A stretch of DNA of 64,000 bases from an uncultured Gammaproteobacteria bacterium. Its GTDB lineage: Bacteria > Pseudomonadota > Gammaproteobacteria > Steroidobacterales > Rariloculaceae. Numbering within the stretch: position 1 is the first letter of the stretch; each line of letters begins with the position of its first letter. The stretch spans positions 2,930,666 to 2,994,665 of the forward strand of contig CAWAJM010000001.1 in assembly GCA_963782445.1 (NCBI GenBank), written 5' to 3'. Both the position numbers and the translations under genes were made by a program. A model generated the notes under the pieces. The model saw only the letters and a list, made by a program, of their open reading frames with translations, was not told the origin of the DNA and searched no databases. This document shows positions 1 through 9,380 of this stretch, piece after piece.

Positions 1-557
1 ATGCCCGAGTAGGGCGCCTTGACGACCGTATAGTCGAGCTGTTCCTTCGCCGCCGCGACGCCGGACCGCGCCGCCTGCAGCCTGGCGTCGGCCGCGTCCT
101 TGTTGGCTTTCGCCTGGTCGAAGCGGGCCTTCGGCACGGTCTCGTTGCGGTACATGCCCGAGACGCGCTCGAATTCCTTGTTGGCCTCGGCCGCGCGTGC
201 CCCCGCTTCCGCGAGTGCCGCCTCGGCCCGCTTCAGCGCCGCACGCTGCTCCGTGTCGGTCAGCCTCACGATGACCGAGCCCGCCTCGACGAAGTCGTTG
301 ACGTCGTAGGGCAGCTCCGCGACACGGCCGGAGGTCTGCGCCGAAACCGTGGCCCGGTTCACGGCCTCGACGGTGCCGTCGAAGACGCGCTCGCGAGGCG
401 CCACCTCGTAGGCGGCCACGGCCGTCGCGAAGGGCAGCTCGCGCGCCGCGGCGTCGGCGGCCGTCGCGGCCAGCGGCGCCACGAGCGCGACGAGTAAGGC
501 TAGGCCGAGACACCCGGCGAATGCGTCGACGGCGGCGGAGATCCTAGAGCTGATCAT
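1..557 (-). CDS. Efflux pump periplasmic adaptor (membrane fusion protein, HlyD/RND-MFP family), 5' part only; continues past the window start
   Basis: Own translation of the minus strand from ATG 557-555 (GAGG 9 nt upstream): MISSRISAAVDAFAGCLGLALLVALVAPLAATAAD...VEAVNRATVSAQTSGRVAELPYDVNDFVEAGSVIVRLTDTEQRAAL...AAKEQLDYTVVKAPYSGI. This gives a signal anchor, lipoyl/beta strands and a coiled-coil hairpin typical of MFPs. It is missing from the ORF track only because the window edge truncates it. Confidence 0.8.
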   Translation of the reverse strand, partial: MISSRISAAVDAFAGCLGLALLVALVAPLAATAADAAARELPFATAVAAYEVAPRERVFDGTVEAVNRATVSAQTSGRVAELPYDVNDFVEAGSVIVRLTDTEQRAALKRAEAALAEAGARAAEANKEFERVSGMYRNETVPKARFDQAKANKDAADARLQAARSGVAAAKEQLDYTVVKAPYSG

Positions 558-594
558 TGGCTTTACCTCGAAATTCTGAATGGCACGGAGCGGC

Positions 595-1911
595 TCATAG
601 CAGGCCGACGGCCCGCGCGAGCCGGTAGCGCGCGAGGGCGACGTCGTAGCGCGCATCGTCGAGATTGCTGCGGCTCGAGCGGCGCAGCGCCTCGGCCGCG
701 AGCACATCGGTGTTCGTGCCCTCGCCCATGCGATAACGGTCGGCCGCGACCCGCAGGTTCTCCTCGGCCTGATCCACGGCCTCCGTCGCGAGCTTGACGC
801 GCCGCTCGGCCTCGGCCCGCGAGAGCCAGGCCTGGCGCACATCGAGCCGAACCATGCTCTCGAGGTTCTTGCGCTCGTCCTGCGTCGCGGCCGACTCGAG
901 CTCGATGGCCGCGGCTCGATTGCGCGTGCGGCCGCTGTCGAAGAGCCGCCACTCGATGCCGACGCCGACCGACCAGAAGTCTCGGCGATTCAGAACGTCG
1001 TTCTCGATGTGGTTGTAGCCGCCGGTCAGGCCCACGCGGGGCCGGTTCTGCGCCCGCGCGGCGCGCGCCTGCGCGTCGAGCGCGGTCGCGGCCGCCGCGA
1101 GCCGGTCGAGCTCTTCGCGGTGCTCGAGGGCCATGGCCGTGAGCGCATCGAGGTCGGCCCGATCGATGCGGTCGGCGATGGCCGGCAGCTTCGGATCGAG
1201 CTGGACGGCTGCCGTGAGCGCGCGCCCGAGCGCTCGGTTATACGCCGCGCGCGCGAGATCGACCGCGTTCTCGGCCTGCAGTCCGCGCTGGCGGGCCTCC
1301 GCCAGGGAAACGGAGGCGGCCAGATAGTCGCTGCGCGGCACCGACCCGCTCTTGTACATGTCCTCCACATCGTGGAGGTGCGCTTCGAGGCTCGCCTCGT
1401 CGCTCTGCGCGACCGCAAGGGCGCTCGACGCGCGCAGCACGTCGACGTAATGCTCGGCGACCTCGAGCTTGACCTGCTCGGTCAACGCCCCGGCCGTGTA
1501 GCGCTGCACGTCGACGCCGGCCGCGGCCGCGTCGATCGCATTGCGCGTCGCCCCGCCCGTGTAGAGCGGCATGGACAGCTGCGCGCTGCCCATCGCGAAC
1601 GTCGAGCCCGAATACAGCGGCAGCTGCAGCGCGAGCCCGGCGCCGCCGAAATCGAACGCGGGCGTCTCGTCGAACTGCATGGCGCTCGCACCGGCCTTGA
1701 TTTCGGGCTTGCGCTCGGCCCGCGCGGCGCCGAGATCCTGCTGAGCCGCCGCAACGCGGTTCGCCGCGGCCCGCAGCTTGAGGTCGCCGGCCAAGGCGGC
1801 TTTCCAAGCCTCCGTCAGCGTCTCCGCGCCGGCGGGCCCGACGGCGCCCAGCAGGGCCGCCGCGAGGGCCGCCGACGCGGCAAGCCGTTTCCCTGAATTG
1901 ATTCGCCTCAT
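595..1911 (-). CDS. TolC-family outer membrane efflux protein
   Basis: 438-aa ORF with a signal peptide (AALLGAVGPAGA/ETL), a two-fold repeated alpha/beta pattern and TolC-like stretches (LTEAWKAAL, GGYNHIEND..FWSVGVGIEWRLFDSG). Its ATG overlaps the stop of the upstream sqr gene (ATGA at 1908-1911). Confidence 0.85.
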   Translation of the reverse strand: MRRINSGKRLAASAALAAALLGAVGPAGAETLTEAWKAALAGDLKLRAAANRVAAAQQDLGAARAERKPEIKAGASAMQFDETPAFDFGGAGLALQLPLYSGSTFAMGSAQLSMPLYTGGATRNAIDAAAAGVDVQRYTAGALTEQVKLEVAEHYVDVLRASSALAVAQSDEASLEAHLHDVEDMYKSGSVPRSDYLAASVSLAEARQRGLQAENAVDLARAAYNRALGRALTAAVQLDPKLPAIADRIDRADLDALTAMALEHREELDRLAAAATALDAQARAARAQNRPRVGLTGGYNHIENDVLNRRDFWSVGVGIEWRLFDSGRTRNRAAAIELESAATQDERKNLESMVRLDVRQAWLSRAEAERRVKLATEAVDQAEENLRVAADRYRMGEGTNTDVLAAEALRRSSRSNLDDARYDVALARYRLARAVGLL

Positions 1912-3182
1912 GATGCCTTCAGCTTCTCGATGCCCAGCGCCTTGAGCACGTAGTGCTCATAGACGGTCTCGCTCGTGCCGCGCCGCACCTTATGGAGGAA
2001 GTACTTCTCGAATGCGACCTTGCCGAGATGAACCCACCGGCCCTTCTTGGCCCAGGTCACATTGCGGGGCGGGATCTGCGGGAGCGCGACGAAGGCGATC
2101 CCCGTGTCCCCCATGTCGGCCAGGCAGATCGCGTTCCACGTTGCCGTGGCCGCAGGGGCCTTCCCCTCGAGCGCCGCGGCGATGTTCCGAACGATAGCCG
2201 TCACCATCGACTCGATCATGTAGCCCGTCTTCGGCGCCCCGGTCGGCACCGGCGTCTTCTCGACGGGCGCCAGCGCGATGCCGACGCCGGCCGCGTAGAC
2301 GTTCTCGTACTTCGGGTTGCGCTGATACGCGTCGACGACGACAAAACCGCGCGGGTTCACGAGGTCCGCAATGTCGCGCACGGCCGGCACGCCCCGGAAA
2401 GCGGGCAGCAGCATGGCGAATGCGAAATCGACGGTCAGCGTCTCGACGGGCTCTCCGTGCTCGTCGCAGCGCGTGACCGAGGCCTTCCCCGGCTCGACCT
2501 GGGCGACCTTCGCGTTGGTGATCCACGAGATGTGGCGCTGACGCAGCTCCGATTCCATGAGCCCCCTCGAGTCGCCGACGCCGCCGAGTCCCAAGTGCCC
2601 GACGTAGGGTTCGCTGGTCACGAACGTCATCGGCACCTTGTCGCGGAGCTTGCGCTTACGCAGATCCGCGTCGAGGATCAGGGCGAATTCGTACGCGGGG
2701 CCGAAGCAGCTCGCGCCCTGCACGGCGCCGACGACAATCGGGCCGGGGTTCTCGAGGAAGCGCTGGTAGGCGTCCCAGGCGCGTTTCGCATGGTCGGTCG
2801 TGCAAATCGACTGCGTGTGGCCCGTCTCCGGCCCGAGACCCGGAATCTCGTCGAACGCGAGCTCCGGTCCGGTTGCGAGCACCAGGTAGTCGTACTCGAT
2901 GCGCCGGCCGCCCACGGTCAGGGCATTCTCCTCGGGCAGCACCTTCTCGACGGGCTCCGCAACGAAGTCGATCTTCAGCCGGGCGAGCTGCTCGCCGAGC
3001 GGCACGGACACCTGTTCCTCGGTGCGCCAGCCGACGCCAACCCAGGGGTTCGAGGGCACGAACTGGAAAGACTTACGGGGATTGATCAATGTGATCGCGT
3101 GGTCTTTGGGCAAGCTGCGCCGCAGCTCGAAAGCTGCGGACGTGCCGGCGATTCCGGCACCGACGACGACGATGTGACTCAT
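1908..3182 (-). CDS. sqr: Sulfide:quinone oxidoreductase (FAD-dependent pyridine nucleotide-disulfide oxidoreductase)
   Basis: 424 aa. N-terminal Rossmann motif HIVVVGAGIAGTSAA. Three cysteines sit in SQR-typical contexts (SICTTDH, GASCFGPAYEF, NAICLADMG). C-terminal amphipathic tail. Confidence 0.85.
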   Translation of the reverse strand: MSHIVVVGAGIAGTSAAFELRRSLPKDHAITLINPRKSFQFVPSNPWVGVGWRTEEQVSVPLGEQLARLKIDFVAEPVEKVLPEENALTVGGRRIEYDYLVLATGPELAFDEIPGLGPETGHTQSICTTDHAKRAWDAYQRFLENPGPIVVGAVQGASCFGPAYEFALILDADLRKRKLRDKVPMTFVTSEPYVGHLGLGGVGDSRGLMESELRQRHISWITNAKVAQVEPGKASVTRCDEHGEPVETLTVDFAFAMLLPAFRGVPAVRDIADLVNPRGFVVVDAYQRNPKYENVYAAGVGIALAPVEKTPVPTGAPKTGYMIESMVTAIVRNIAAALEGKAPAATATWNAICLADMGDTGIAFVALPQIPPRNVTWAKKGRWVHLGKVAFEKYFLHKVRRGTSETVYEHYVLKALGIEKLKAS

Positions 3183-3212
3183 GACGCTACCTCTCTTGAC
3201 TGCGCAGATTTC

Positions 3213-3467
3213 TCAGCGGCCGCCCGTCGCAAGCTCCGCCTCGGACCTCAGCCCGAGACGTCGCATGACGAGCGCGGCGGGGCAAAAATGCGTGAACGAC
3301 TGCTGAAACAGGTTCGCGCCGACGAATACTGTGAGCCATACGAAGGCCGGATGGACCCACTCGGTCAGCACGACCGAAAGCAGGACCATGAAGCCCGCGA
3401 ACGCGGCCACGCCGCGCTCGAGCGAGAAACCGTGCTTTTGCCGGGTTGTCGAAGTTGCGGTGGCCAT
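3213..3467 (-). CDS. DUF2892 (YgaP-like) small inner-membrane protein
   Basis: 84 aa with a two-helix hairpin and the FxxFCP-type motif (QQSFTHFCPAALVMRRLG) characteristic of DUF2892. It is the first gene of the sqr operon. Confidence 0.75.
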   Translation of the reverse strand: MATATSTTRQKHGFSLERGVAAFAGFMVLLSVVLTEWVHPAFVWLTVFVGANLFQQSFTHFCPAALVMRRLGLRSEAELATGGR

Positions 3468-3536
3468 TGCCGCTCTCCATGTTTTCGAAGTGCTTGAAAT
3501 TCCGGTTCGACGGCCCGTTGGGCCGCCTCGGACCCT

Positions 3537-3564
3537 ATAATATGCATTATCTCTAAATTAGCAA
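3537..3564 (-). promoter_or_regulatory. Candidate sigma-70 promoter of the DUF2892-sqr operon (TTGCTA-N16-TATTAT read on the minus strand)
   Basis: AT-rich island in a GC-rich genome. The hexamers and 16-nt spacer were read directly. The -35 element overlaps the palindromic operator. Confidence 0.4.
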
Positions 3565-3576
3565 GCACTAATTTAG
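3553..3576. promoter_or_regulatory. Perfect palindrome CTAAATTAG-N6-CTAATTTAG, candidate ArsR/SqrR operator
   Basis: 9-bp perfect inverted repeat with a 6-bp spacer. It is centred in the divergent intergenic region and overlaps the -35 hexamers of both candidate promoters. Confidence 0.55.
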
Positions 3577-3600
3577 CGAAACACAATTAAATGATATAGT
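3573..3600 (+). promoter_or_regulatory. Candidate sigma-70 promoter of the ArsR/SqrR-like gene (TTAGCG-N16-TATAGT)
   Basis: Hexamers and spacing read directly; located 34 nt upstream of ATG 3634. Confidence 0.4.
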
Positions 3601-3633
3601 GTCCGCCGATCGGAGCACTTCGCAGTTGTACGT

Positions 3634-4002
3634 ATGCCGGAGATTCAGATGCGCGATCCACGGCCGCAAGCCGAGGCCGAGTTCCTCGAGCTGCGCGAGC
3701 ACGCGGGCGAGGCGGCGGCCCTACTCAAGGCCCTGTCGAACGAGCACCGCCTGCTGATCCTCTGTACGCTCGCCGCCGGCGAGCTGTCGGTCGGCGAGCT
3801 CAACGAAGAGGTCGACATGAGCCAGTCGGCGCTTTCGCAACAGCTCGCGCTGCTGCGCCGCGAGGGACTCGTGCAGACGCGGCGCCAGGCGCAGACGATC
3901 TACTACTCGCTGGCGCCGAGCAAGGCGGTGCAGGTCATCGACCTCATGAAGCGCCTGTACTGCACGCACCCGCGCCGAGCGAACGGGCGGCGCGGACGCT
4001 GA
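3634..4002 (+). CDS. ArsR/SmtB-family transcriptional repressor of the SqrR/BigR/YgaV (persulfide-sensing) type
   Basis: 122 aa with a winged HTH (LKALSNEHRLLILCTLAAGELSVGELNEEVDMSQSALSQQLALLRREGLV). Cys44 and Cys110 are 66 residues apart, the same spacing as the sensing pair of SqrR (C41/C107) and BigR (C42/C108). The gene is divergent from an sqr operon. Confidence 0.8.
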   Translation: MPEIQMRDPRPQAEAEFLELREHAGEAAALLKALSNEHRLLILCTLAAGELSVGELNEEVDMSQSALSQQLALLRREGLVQTRRQAQTIYYSLAPSKAVQVIDLMKRLYCTHPRRANGRRGR

Positions 4003-4241
4003 CACGGGCGCCGGGCGGCGACGTCGCTCGACCCGCATGCCTTGGCGGGGCTTCTCGCTGGGCGTAATAGCGCGATGCGTCTGCGGCAAGGCTCCAGGCT
4101 CTGCGTAAGGGCGGTGGCGGGACCGCCGTTGCCTTCGGCATTTACGATCCTCGGCAGCGGCCTCGGGCAGAGGCCAAAGCCATCGCCTCGCGCGGCGTTT
4201 GCGGCGACAATACGCGCCTGCTCGTCACTGCCGGAGAACAG

Positions 4242-6422
4242 ATGACCGACTACGTTGCCTCGGGCGACCTGCGCATCGCGAAGCCGCTGTACGATCTCGT
4301 TGCCGACGAGATTGCCCCCGGCACGGGCGTTTCGCCCGAAACGGCCTGGACCCTGCTCCAAGGGCTCGTGCACGAGCTCGGTCCGCGCAACCGAGCGCTG
4401 CTCGAGACGCGGGACCGCTTGCAGGCGCAGATCGACGGATGGTTCGCGGCGCGGCGCGGCCAGGCGTTCGACGTTGCGGCTTCACGGGCCTTTCTCGAGG
4501 GCATCGGCTATCTCGTCCCCGAAGGGCCGGCCTTCGCGGTCGGCACGCGCGGCGTGGATCCGGAGATCGCCACTGTCGCCGGGCCGCAGCTCGTCGTCCC
4601 CGTCGACAAGGCCCGCTACGCCCTGAACGCTGCGAACGCCCGCTGGGGCAGCCTCTACGACGCGCTGTACGGCACGGACGTGTTGCCCGAAGCGCCCGGC
4701 ACCGAGAAGGGCGTGCGCTACAACCCGCGGCGCGGCGAGGCCGTGATTGCGCGCGCCAACGAGATCCTGGACGAGATCGTGCCGCTCGAGAGCGGCGCAC
4801 GCTGGGCCGACGTCCAGCAGCTGCGACGGGCCGGGGGCGGCTTGGTGCTCGCGCGGGCCGCCGGCGGCGAGACGCGGCTGGCGGACCCGCAGGCGTTCGC
4901 CGGCTACGGCCTTGCGGCCGACGGCGCGCTCTCGAGCGTGTTGCTGCGGCACCACGGCCTGCACGTCGCCATCGAGATCGACCCGGCCCATCCGATCGGG
5001 CGCCAGCATCCGGCCGGCATCAAGGACGTCGTGCTCGAAAGCGCCGTGACGACGATCATGGACTGCGAAGACTCGGTCGCCGCCGTCGACGCCGAGGACA
5101 AGACTGTCGTCTACTCGAACTGGTGCGGGCTCATGAAGGGCACGCTGACCGCCTCCTTCACGAAGGCCGGCAGCACGATCGAGCGCCGGCTGCATGCGGA
5201 CCGGCGCTACGTCAAGCCCGACGGCCGCGAGCTCGTGCTGCCCGGCCGTAGTCTGCTGCTCGTGCGCCACGTCGGGGCGCACGTCTTGACCGACGCGGTC
5301 ACGACCGCGGACGGTGCGCCCATCTACGAGACTTTCCTCGATTGCGTCGTGACCGTGCTCGCCGCCCTGCACGATCTGCGCGGCACCGGTCCTCTGCACA
5401 ACTCGCGCACCGGCAGTGTCTATATCGTCAAACCGAAACAGCACGGCCCGGAGGAAGTGGCCCTCTCGGCCGAGCTCTTCGCGCGCGTGGAGCGAGCCTA
5501 CGGGCTGAGCGAGAATACCCTCAAGATCGGCGTCATGGACGAAGAGCGCCGCACGACGGTGAACCTGGTCGAATGCCTGCGGGCCGTGCGCGACCGCGTG
5601 ATCTTCATCAACACGGGCTTCCTCGACCGGACCGGCGACGAGATCCATACGCACATGGAAGCCGGACCGATGATCCCGAAACCCGAGATCAAGAACGCGA
5701 AGTGGATGCGGGCCTACGAAGACTGGAACGTCGACGTGGGCCTCGCGGCAGGGCTGCCCGGGCACGGTCAGATCGGCAAGGGTATGTGGGCTATGCCCGA
5801 CGAAATGAAGGCCATGCTCGAGACGAAGGTCGGCCATCCCGAGGCCGGCGCGAGCTGCGCCTGGGTGCCGTCGCCGACCGCCGCGACGCTGCACGCGATT
5901 CACTATCACGAGGTCAACGTCGAGGCGCGCCAGCGCCGCCTCGCCGAGCGGCCGCGCGCCCCGCTCGAGGACATCCTGACGCCGCCGTTGCTCGGCGATC
6001 GCAGCCTCGGCGCGGACGAGATCCAGCGCGAGTTGGAAAACAACGCGCAAGGCATCCTGGGCTACGTCGTACGCTGGGTCGAGCACGGCGTCGGGTGCTC
6101 GAAGGTGCCGGACATCCACGACATCGGGCTCATGGAAGACCGCGCCACCTTGCGCATCTCTTCTCAGCACATCGCGAACTGGCTACGCCACGGACTCGTC
6201 GACGAGGACCGCGTGCGCGAGACGATGCGGCGTATGGCCGAGGTCGTGGATCGGCAGAATGCGGCCGATCCGGCCTATAGGCCCATGACGCCGGATACGG
6301 CCTCGAGCATCGCCTTCCAGGCGGCGCTGGATCTCGTCTTCGAGGGACGTAAAGAGCCGAACGGGTATACCGAGCACACGCTGGCGCGACGCCGGCGCGA
6401 GTTCAAGTCCCGGGCCCAGTGA
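4242..6422 (+). CDS. glcB: Malate synthase G
   Basis: 726 aa. The N-terminus ([21 protein letters not shown]) and the length match malate synthase G end to end. Confidence 0.95.
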   Translation: MTDYVASGDLRIAKPLYDLVADEIAPGTGVSPETAWTLLQGLVHELGPRNRALLETRDRLQAQIDGWFAARRGQAFDVAASRAFLEGIGYLVPEGPAFAVGTRGVDPEIATVAGPQLVVPVDKARYALNAANARWGSLYDALYGTDVLPEAPGTEKGVRYNPRRGEAVIARANEILDEIVPLESGARWADVQQLRRAGGGLVLARAAGGETRLADPQAFAGYGLAADGALSSVLLRHHGLHVAIEIDPAHPIGRQHPAGIKDVVLESAVTTIMDCEDSVAAVDAEDKTVVYSNWCGLMKGTLTASFTKAGSTIERRLHADRRYVKPDGRELVLPGRSLLLVRHVGAHVLTDAVTTADGAPIYETFLDCVVTVLAALHDLRGTGPLHNSRTGSVYIVKPKQHGPEEVALSAELFARVERAYGLSENTLKIGVMDEERRTTVNLVECLRAVRDRVIFINTGFLDRTGDEIHTHMEAGPMIPKPEIKNAKWMRAYEDWNVDVGLAAGLPGHGQIGKGMWAMPDEMKAMLETKVGHPEAGASCAWVPSPTAATLHAIHYHEVNVEARQRRLAERPRAPLEDILTPPLLGDRSLGADEIQRELENNAQGILGYVVRWVEHGVGCSKVPDIHDIGLMEDRATLRISSQHIANWLRHGLVDEDRVRETMRRMAEVVDRQNAADPAYRPMTPDTASSIAFQAALDLVFEGRKEPNGYTEHTLARRRREFKSRAQ

Positions 6423-6832
6423 CGACCGCGGCGAGGCGCCCTGCGCCTCGCCCGATCCGCCGCGGCATCCACCAGCCGTCGGCGCTGCCGCCGCACGCAA
6501 TTTCCATGCCATAAATGGGCGCCTGCCCATCGCCTGTCTCCGTTTCAGGACAGGTTTGTCCCTCTGCCCATCTCTTGTAAATTCTCGGTCGCGCAGGAGA
6601 CCAGCGCCTACTGCGCAGTTGCTGAAAAAGGCAAATCCGCCGCGAGGCGGAGACGCAAAGCCACCGGTCTTTGGCTCGGCCAGAGACAGCGGGGTTGCCA
6701 GCAATGAGTCGAGTCGCTCGCCGCTTTGCGGCGGCGGCGTCCCGGGTGTGAATCCCGTGCGGCTCAAAGCTTCTTCCCCGCTCGGCACCGCGTCGCCGGC
6801 GCCCAAACGCCAAAGAGCGGGGAAGAAAGAGC

Positions 6833-7570
6833 ATGGGGATCTCGGTCTCGAGAAGCGGCCTGATTGCGGCCGCCAGCCTGAGTGTGTTGTTGGCGGCCTG
6901 CGGCGGCGGTGGGGGCTCCGGCACCTCGGCCGACACGGGCAGCGGCTCGGCGCAGGCGCCGACGGGCGGAAGCTCGACCCAGACGCCGACGGGCAGCGGC
7001 ACTGCAAGCGGCGGCTCGGCGCCTGTGGCGAATGCGAAGCCGACGATCACGGGAACGCCGACGACGGCCGTCGCGGCCAATTCGACCTACACGTTTCAGC
7101 CGACGGCCAGCGACCCCGACGGCGACGTGCTGACGTTCAGTATTCAGAACCCGCCCCCTTGGGCCAGCTTCGATGCCGCCACGGGCAAACTCACCGGCAC
7201 GCCCGGCGCGGGCAACGTCGGGGCCTACGACAACATCGCGATCAGCGTTACGGACGGCGCGGCCGACGCTTCGCTCAGCGCCTTCTCGATCAACGTGGAG
7301 GCCATGGGCAACAAATCGGTCGAGTTGTCGTGGCAAGCCCCGACGCAAAACGAAGACGGCTCGCCGCTGACCGATCTCGCGGGCTTCAAGGTCTATTGGG
7401 GAACGTCGCCGGGGAATTACCCGAATACGGTCACGGTCGACAACCCGAGCGTGCTCACGTACGTGCTCAGCAATCTCGTGCCGAACACGTACTACTTCGT
7501 TGCGACGGCCGTCAATTCGCAGGGCGAGGAAAGCGCGCCCTCGCCCATGGCCACCGCGACCATTAGCTGA
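6833..7570 (+). CDS. Secreted lipoprotein with a putative Ig/cadherin-like (He_PIG-type) domain and a fibronectin type III domain
   Basis: 245 aa. Lipobox LLAACGG followed by a Gly/Ser/Thr linker. Ig-like repeat signature (YTFQPTASDPDGDVLTFSIQNPPPWASFDAATGKLTGTP...ISVTDG). FN3-like tail (VELSWQAPTQNEDGSPLTDLAGFKVYWG...YYFVATAVNSQGEES). Confidence 0.7.
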   Translation: MGISVSRSGLIAAASLSVLLAACGGGGGSGTSADTGSGSAQAPTGGSSTQTPTGSGTASGGSAPVANAKPTITGTPTTAVAANSTYTFQPTASDPDGDVLTFSIQNPPPWASFDAATGKLTGTPGAGNVGAYDNIAISVTDGAADASLSAFSINVEAMGNKSVELSWQAPTQNEDGSPLTDLAGFKVYWGTSPGNYPNTVTVDNPSVLTYVLSNLVPNTYYFVATAVNSQGEESAPSPMATATIS

Positions 7571-7597
7571 CAGCGCACGTCGGCGGCGCGCGGCCAG

Positions 7598-9376
7598 TCA
7601 AAAATCGTCGTCGACGATCGTGACCACGGCCGTCAGCAGGTGACCCTGCTGGCGGCCGCTCGGGGACAATAGGCTCGCGTTGACGTAGAAGTGCTCGCGC
7701 GGCTCCGGGACCGCGTCGTCCGTGATGGGAACGAATACCGTGAGCCGGGACTGGCCGGGGGCGAAAGTCTCGACGGTCCGCCCGACATCCCCGAAATCGT
7801 CGCCGGCCTTCGCCGTGCCGCTGCGCGTCCACCAAACAATTCTCGCCGCGTTCCGCGCATCGTCGCGCCGTATTTCGATGGGCACGACCGTATCGCCTTC
7901 GTTCGTCACGATGGACGTGGCCGCGAAATAGACGCGCTGTGACGGCGCCGGCAGCGAAGCCGGAGCGACGGCCGCCTCTGAGGGCCCCGCCTTGTGCGCA
8001 GGCTTCTCCTGCGGCGCTGCGCGCGGATGAGATTCGACTCGTTGCGTCTGCGGCGCCGCGGCGGCCTTGGACTTCACGGCGGGCCGCCCCTCGGGCACCG
8101 CCGCAGCTCGGCCGGCCGGCTCGCTCGCACCCACGGCCGACCGTCCGCTCTCGCCCTTCGCGGGCGCCTGCTCACGCTCGGCCTCGGCGGGCGGCGCGGG
8201 AGCGTCGGCCGCCGTGTCCCGACGTGCTTCGCCGGTGGGCGCCCCGGACGCCCTGTCCTCCGTCGCGGCGCGCGCCGCCGGCGGCGGCAAGGGAGACTTC
8301 GCGCTGCCCGAAGACCGCATCAGATCGGCCGCACCGCGGGCCGCGGGCGCGACGACATAGCGGTCCATCGCTGCAGCCGCCCGCGAGTAGAGCGCAGTCG
8401 CGCGGCTTCCGATCCCGCTCGGGCCGAGCGCCAGCACGGCGAACACGGAGAGCGCGACGAGTGCAGCTGCCGCCAAGACCCCGGCGGCGCGGCGAGCGAA
8501 GGACGGCCCCGTTGCATTGCGGGCCTGCGGCCGCGTTGCCGTAGCGGCGCGCGGCCACCTCCTTGGCCCGGTCCGAAGGTCGAGGCCGGCGAGCAACTGG
8601 GCAACGCTGCGCGTGCGCTCGTCCCGCCCCTTGAGCCCCGCGCGCAGCGCCCGCCATTGGCTGCGCGACAGTCCCTTGATGCGGTCGGGCATCGCGGCGC
8701 GGCGCCCGCTGCGAGCGGGTGTAGACAGGTAGGGAGGCGGCCGTGAACCCGAGAGCAGCTCGTAAGCCAGCGCCGCCAGCCCATAGATGTCGTCGCGCTC
8801 GTCAACGGAAAACGGACCGCTGCGGCTCAGGCAGGCGGCCGAAAACAGCACCTTCACCTCGCCGCGGCCGGCGACGACTACGTTCTCGGCACGGACGTCA
8901 CCGTGCACGACGCCGGCCTCGTGCGCATACATCAGCGCCTCGCCCACCGACTGCACGACCTCGAGGGCCTCCGCCCGGGTCACGAGCTCCGGCTGCAGAC
9001 TGTCGATGACGCCGCGCAGCGCCTCGCCGTCGACGAATTCCATCGTCATGAAATACGTGCCGGCTTCGCGGCCGAGATCGTGGACGGCTGCGATGTGCGG
9101 ATGCTCGAGCCGCCGCACGGCCTCGAACGCGCGCTCGAAGGCGGCGAGCCGAGCAGGCGCCGCCGCCACCTCGCGCGGCAGCACGAGCAGCGCGACTTCG
9201 CGGGGCTCGCCCCAGCGGTCCGTCCGCTGCCGATCGAATGCCCGATACACGCTGCCGAAGCGCCCCTGGTCGAGCCGCTCGTGCACGCGGAAGCGGCCGC
9301 CGAGCCCGCTCGCCACGTCGGCCGCCTCGGCCCTCTCGGGATACCCGCTGGTATCGCCCAGCATGATGGGGTCCAT
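7598..9376 (-). CDS. Membrane-anchored Hanks-type Ser/Thr kinase-like protein (probable pseudokinase) with a C-terminal Calx-beta domain
   Basis: 592 aa with a kinase-fold N-terminus (QGRFGSVYRAF, HGDVRAENVVV). The VAIK lysine is replaced (VALLVL) and DFG is replaced (VLFS). One TM helix (GVLAAAALVALSVFAVLAL) and an Ala/Pro-rich linker follow. The tail is Calx-beta-like (NEGDTVVPIEIRR..WWTRSGTAKAGDDFGDV..FAPGQSRLTVFVPITDDAVPEPREHFYVN). Confidence 0.75.
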   Translation of the reverse strand: MDPIMLGDTSGYPERAEAADVASGLGGRFRVHERLDQGRFGSVYRAFDRQRTDRWGEPREVALLVLPREVAAAPARLAAFERAFEAVRRLEHPHIAAVHDLGREAGTYFMTMEFVDGEALRGVIDSLQPELVTRAEALEVVQSVGEALMYAHEAGVVHGDVRAENVVVAGRGEVKVLFSAACLSRSGPFSVDERDDIYGLAALAYELLSGSRPPPYLSTPARSGRRAAMPDRIKGLSRSQWRALRAGLKGRDERTRSVAQLLAGLDLRTGPRRWPRAATATRPQARNATGPSFARRAAGVLAAAALVALSVFAVLALGPSGIGSRATALYSRAAAAMDRYVVAPAARGAADLMRSSGSAKSPLPPPAARAATEDRASGAPTGEARRDTAADAPAPPAEAEREQAPAKGESGRSAVGASEPAGRAAAVPEGRPAVKSKAAAAPQTQRVESHPRAAPQEKPAHKAGPSEAAVAPASLPAPSQRVYFAATSIVTNEGDTVVPIEIRRDDARNAARIVWWTRSGTAKAGDDFGDVGRTVETFAPGQSRLTVFVPITDDAVPEPREHFYVNASLLSPSGRQQGHLLTAVVTIVDDDF

Positions 9377-9380
9377 GGGA

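Noticed and set aside
4482-6170. Very long ORFs antisense to, or out of frame with, well-supported genes. Examples: 4482..6170(-), 56632..59076(-), 37418..40468(+), 22852..24777(+), 17873..19396(-), 28780..30387(-) and 1953..3497(+).
   Set aside because: They are typical GC-rich shadow ORFs. They have extreme Arg/Ala/Gly/Pro composition, no recognisable motifs, and complete overlap with genes that have clear family signatures.
6430-6452. Hairpin GGCGAGGCG-CCCTG-CGCCTCGCC after glcB; an 11-bp inverted repeat at 6773-6783/6815-6825 just upstream of the lipoprotein start; a 9-bp inverted repeat at 13804-13812/13845-13853.
   Set aside because: These GC-rich stems lack U-tracts. Such stems arise easily in this composition, so they are not confident enough to annotate as terminators or riboregulators.
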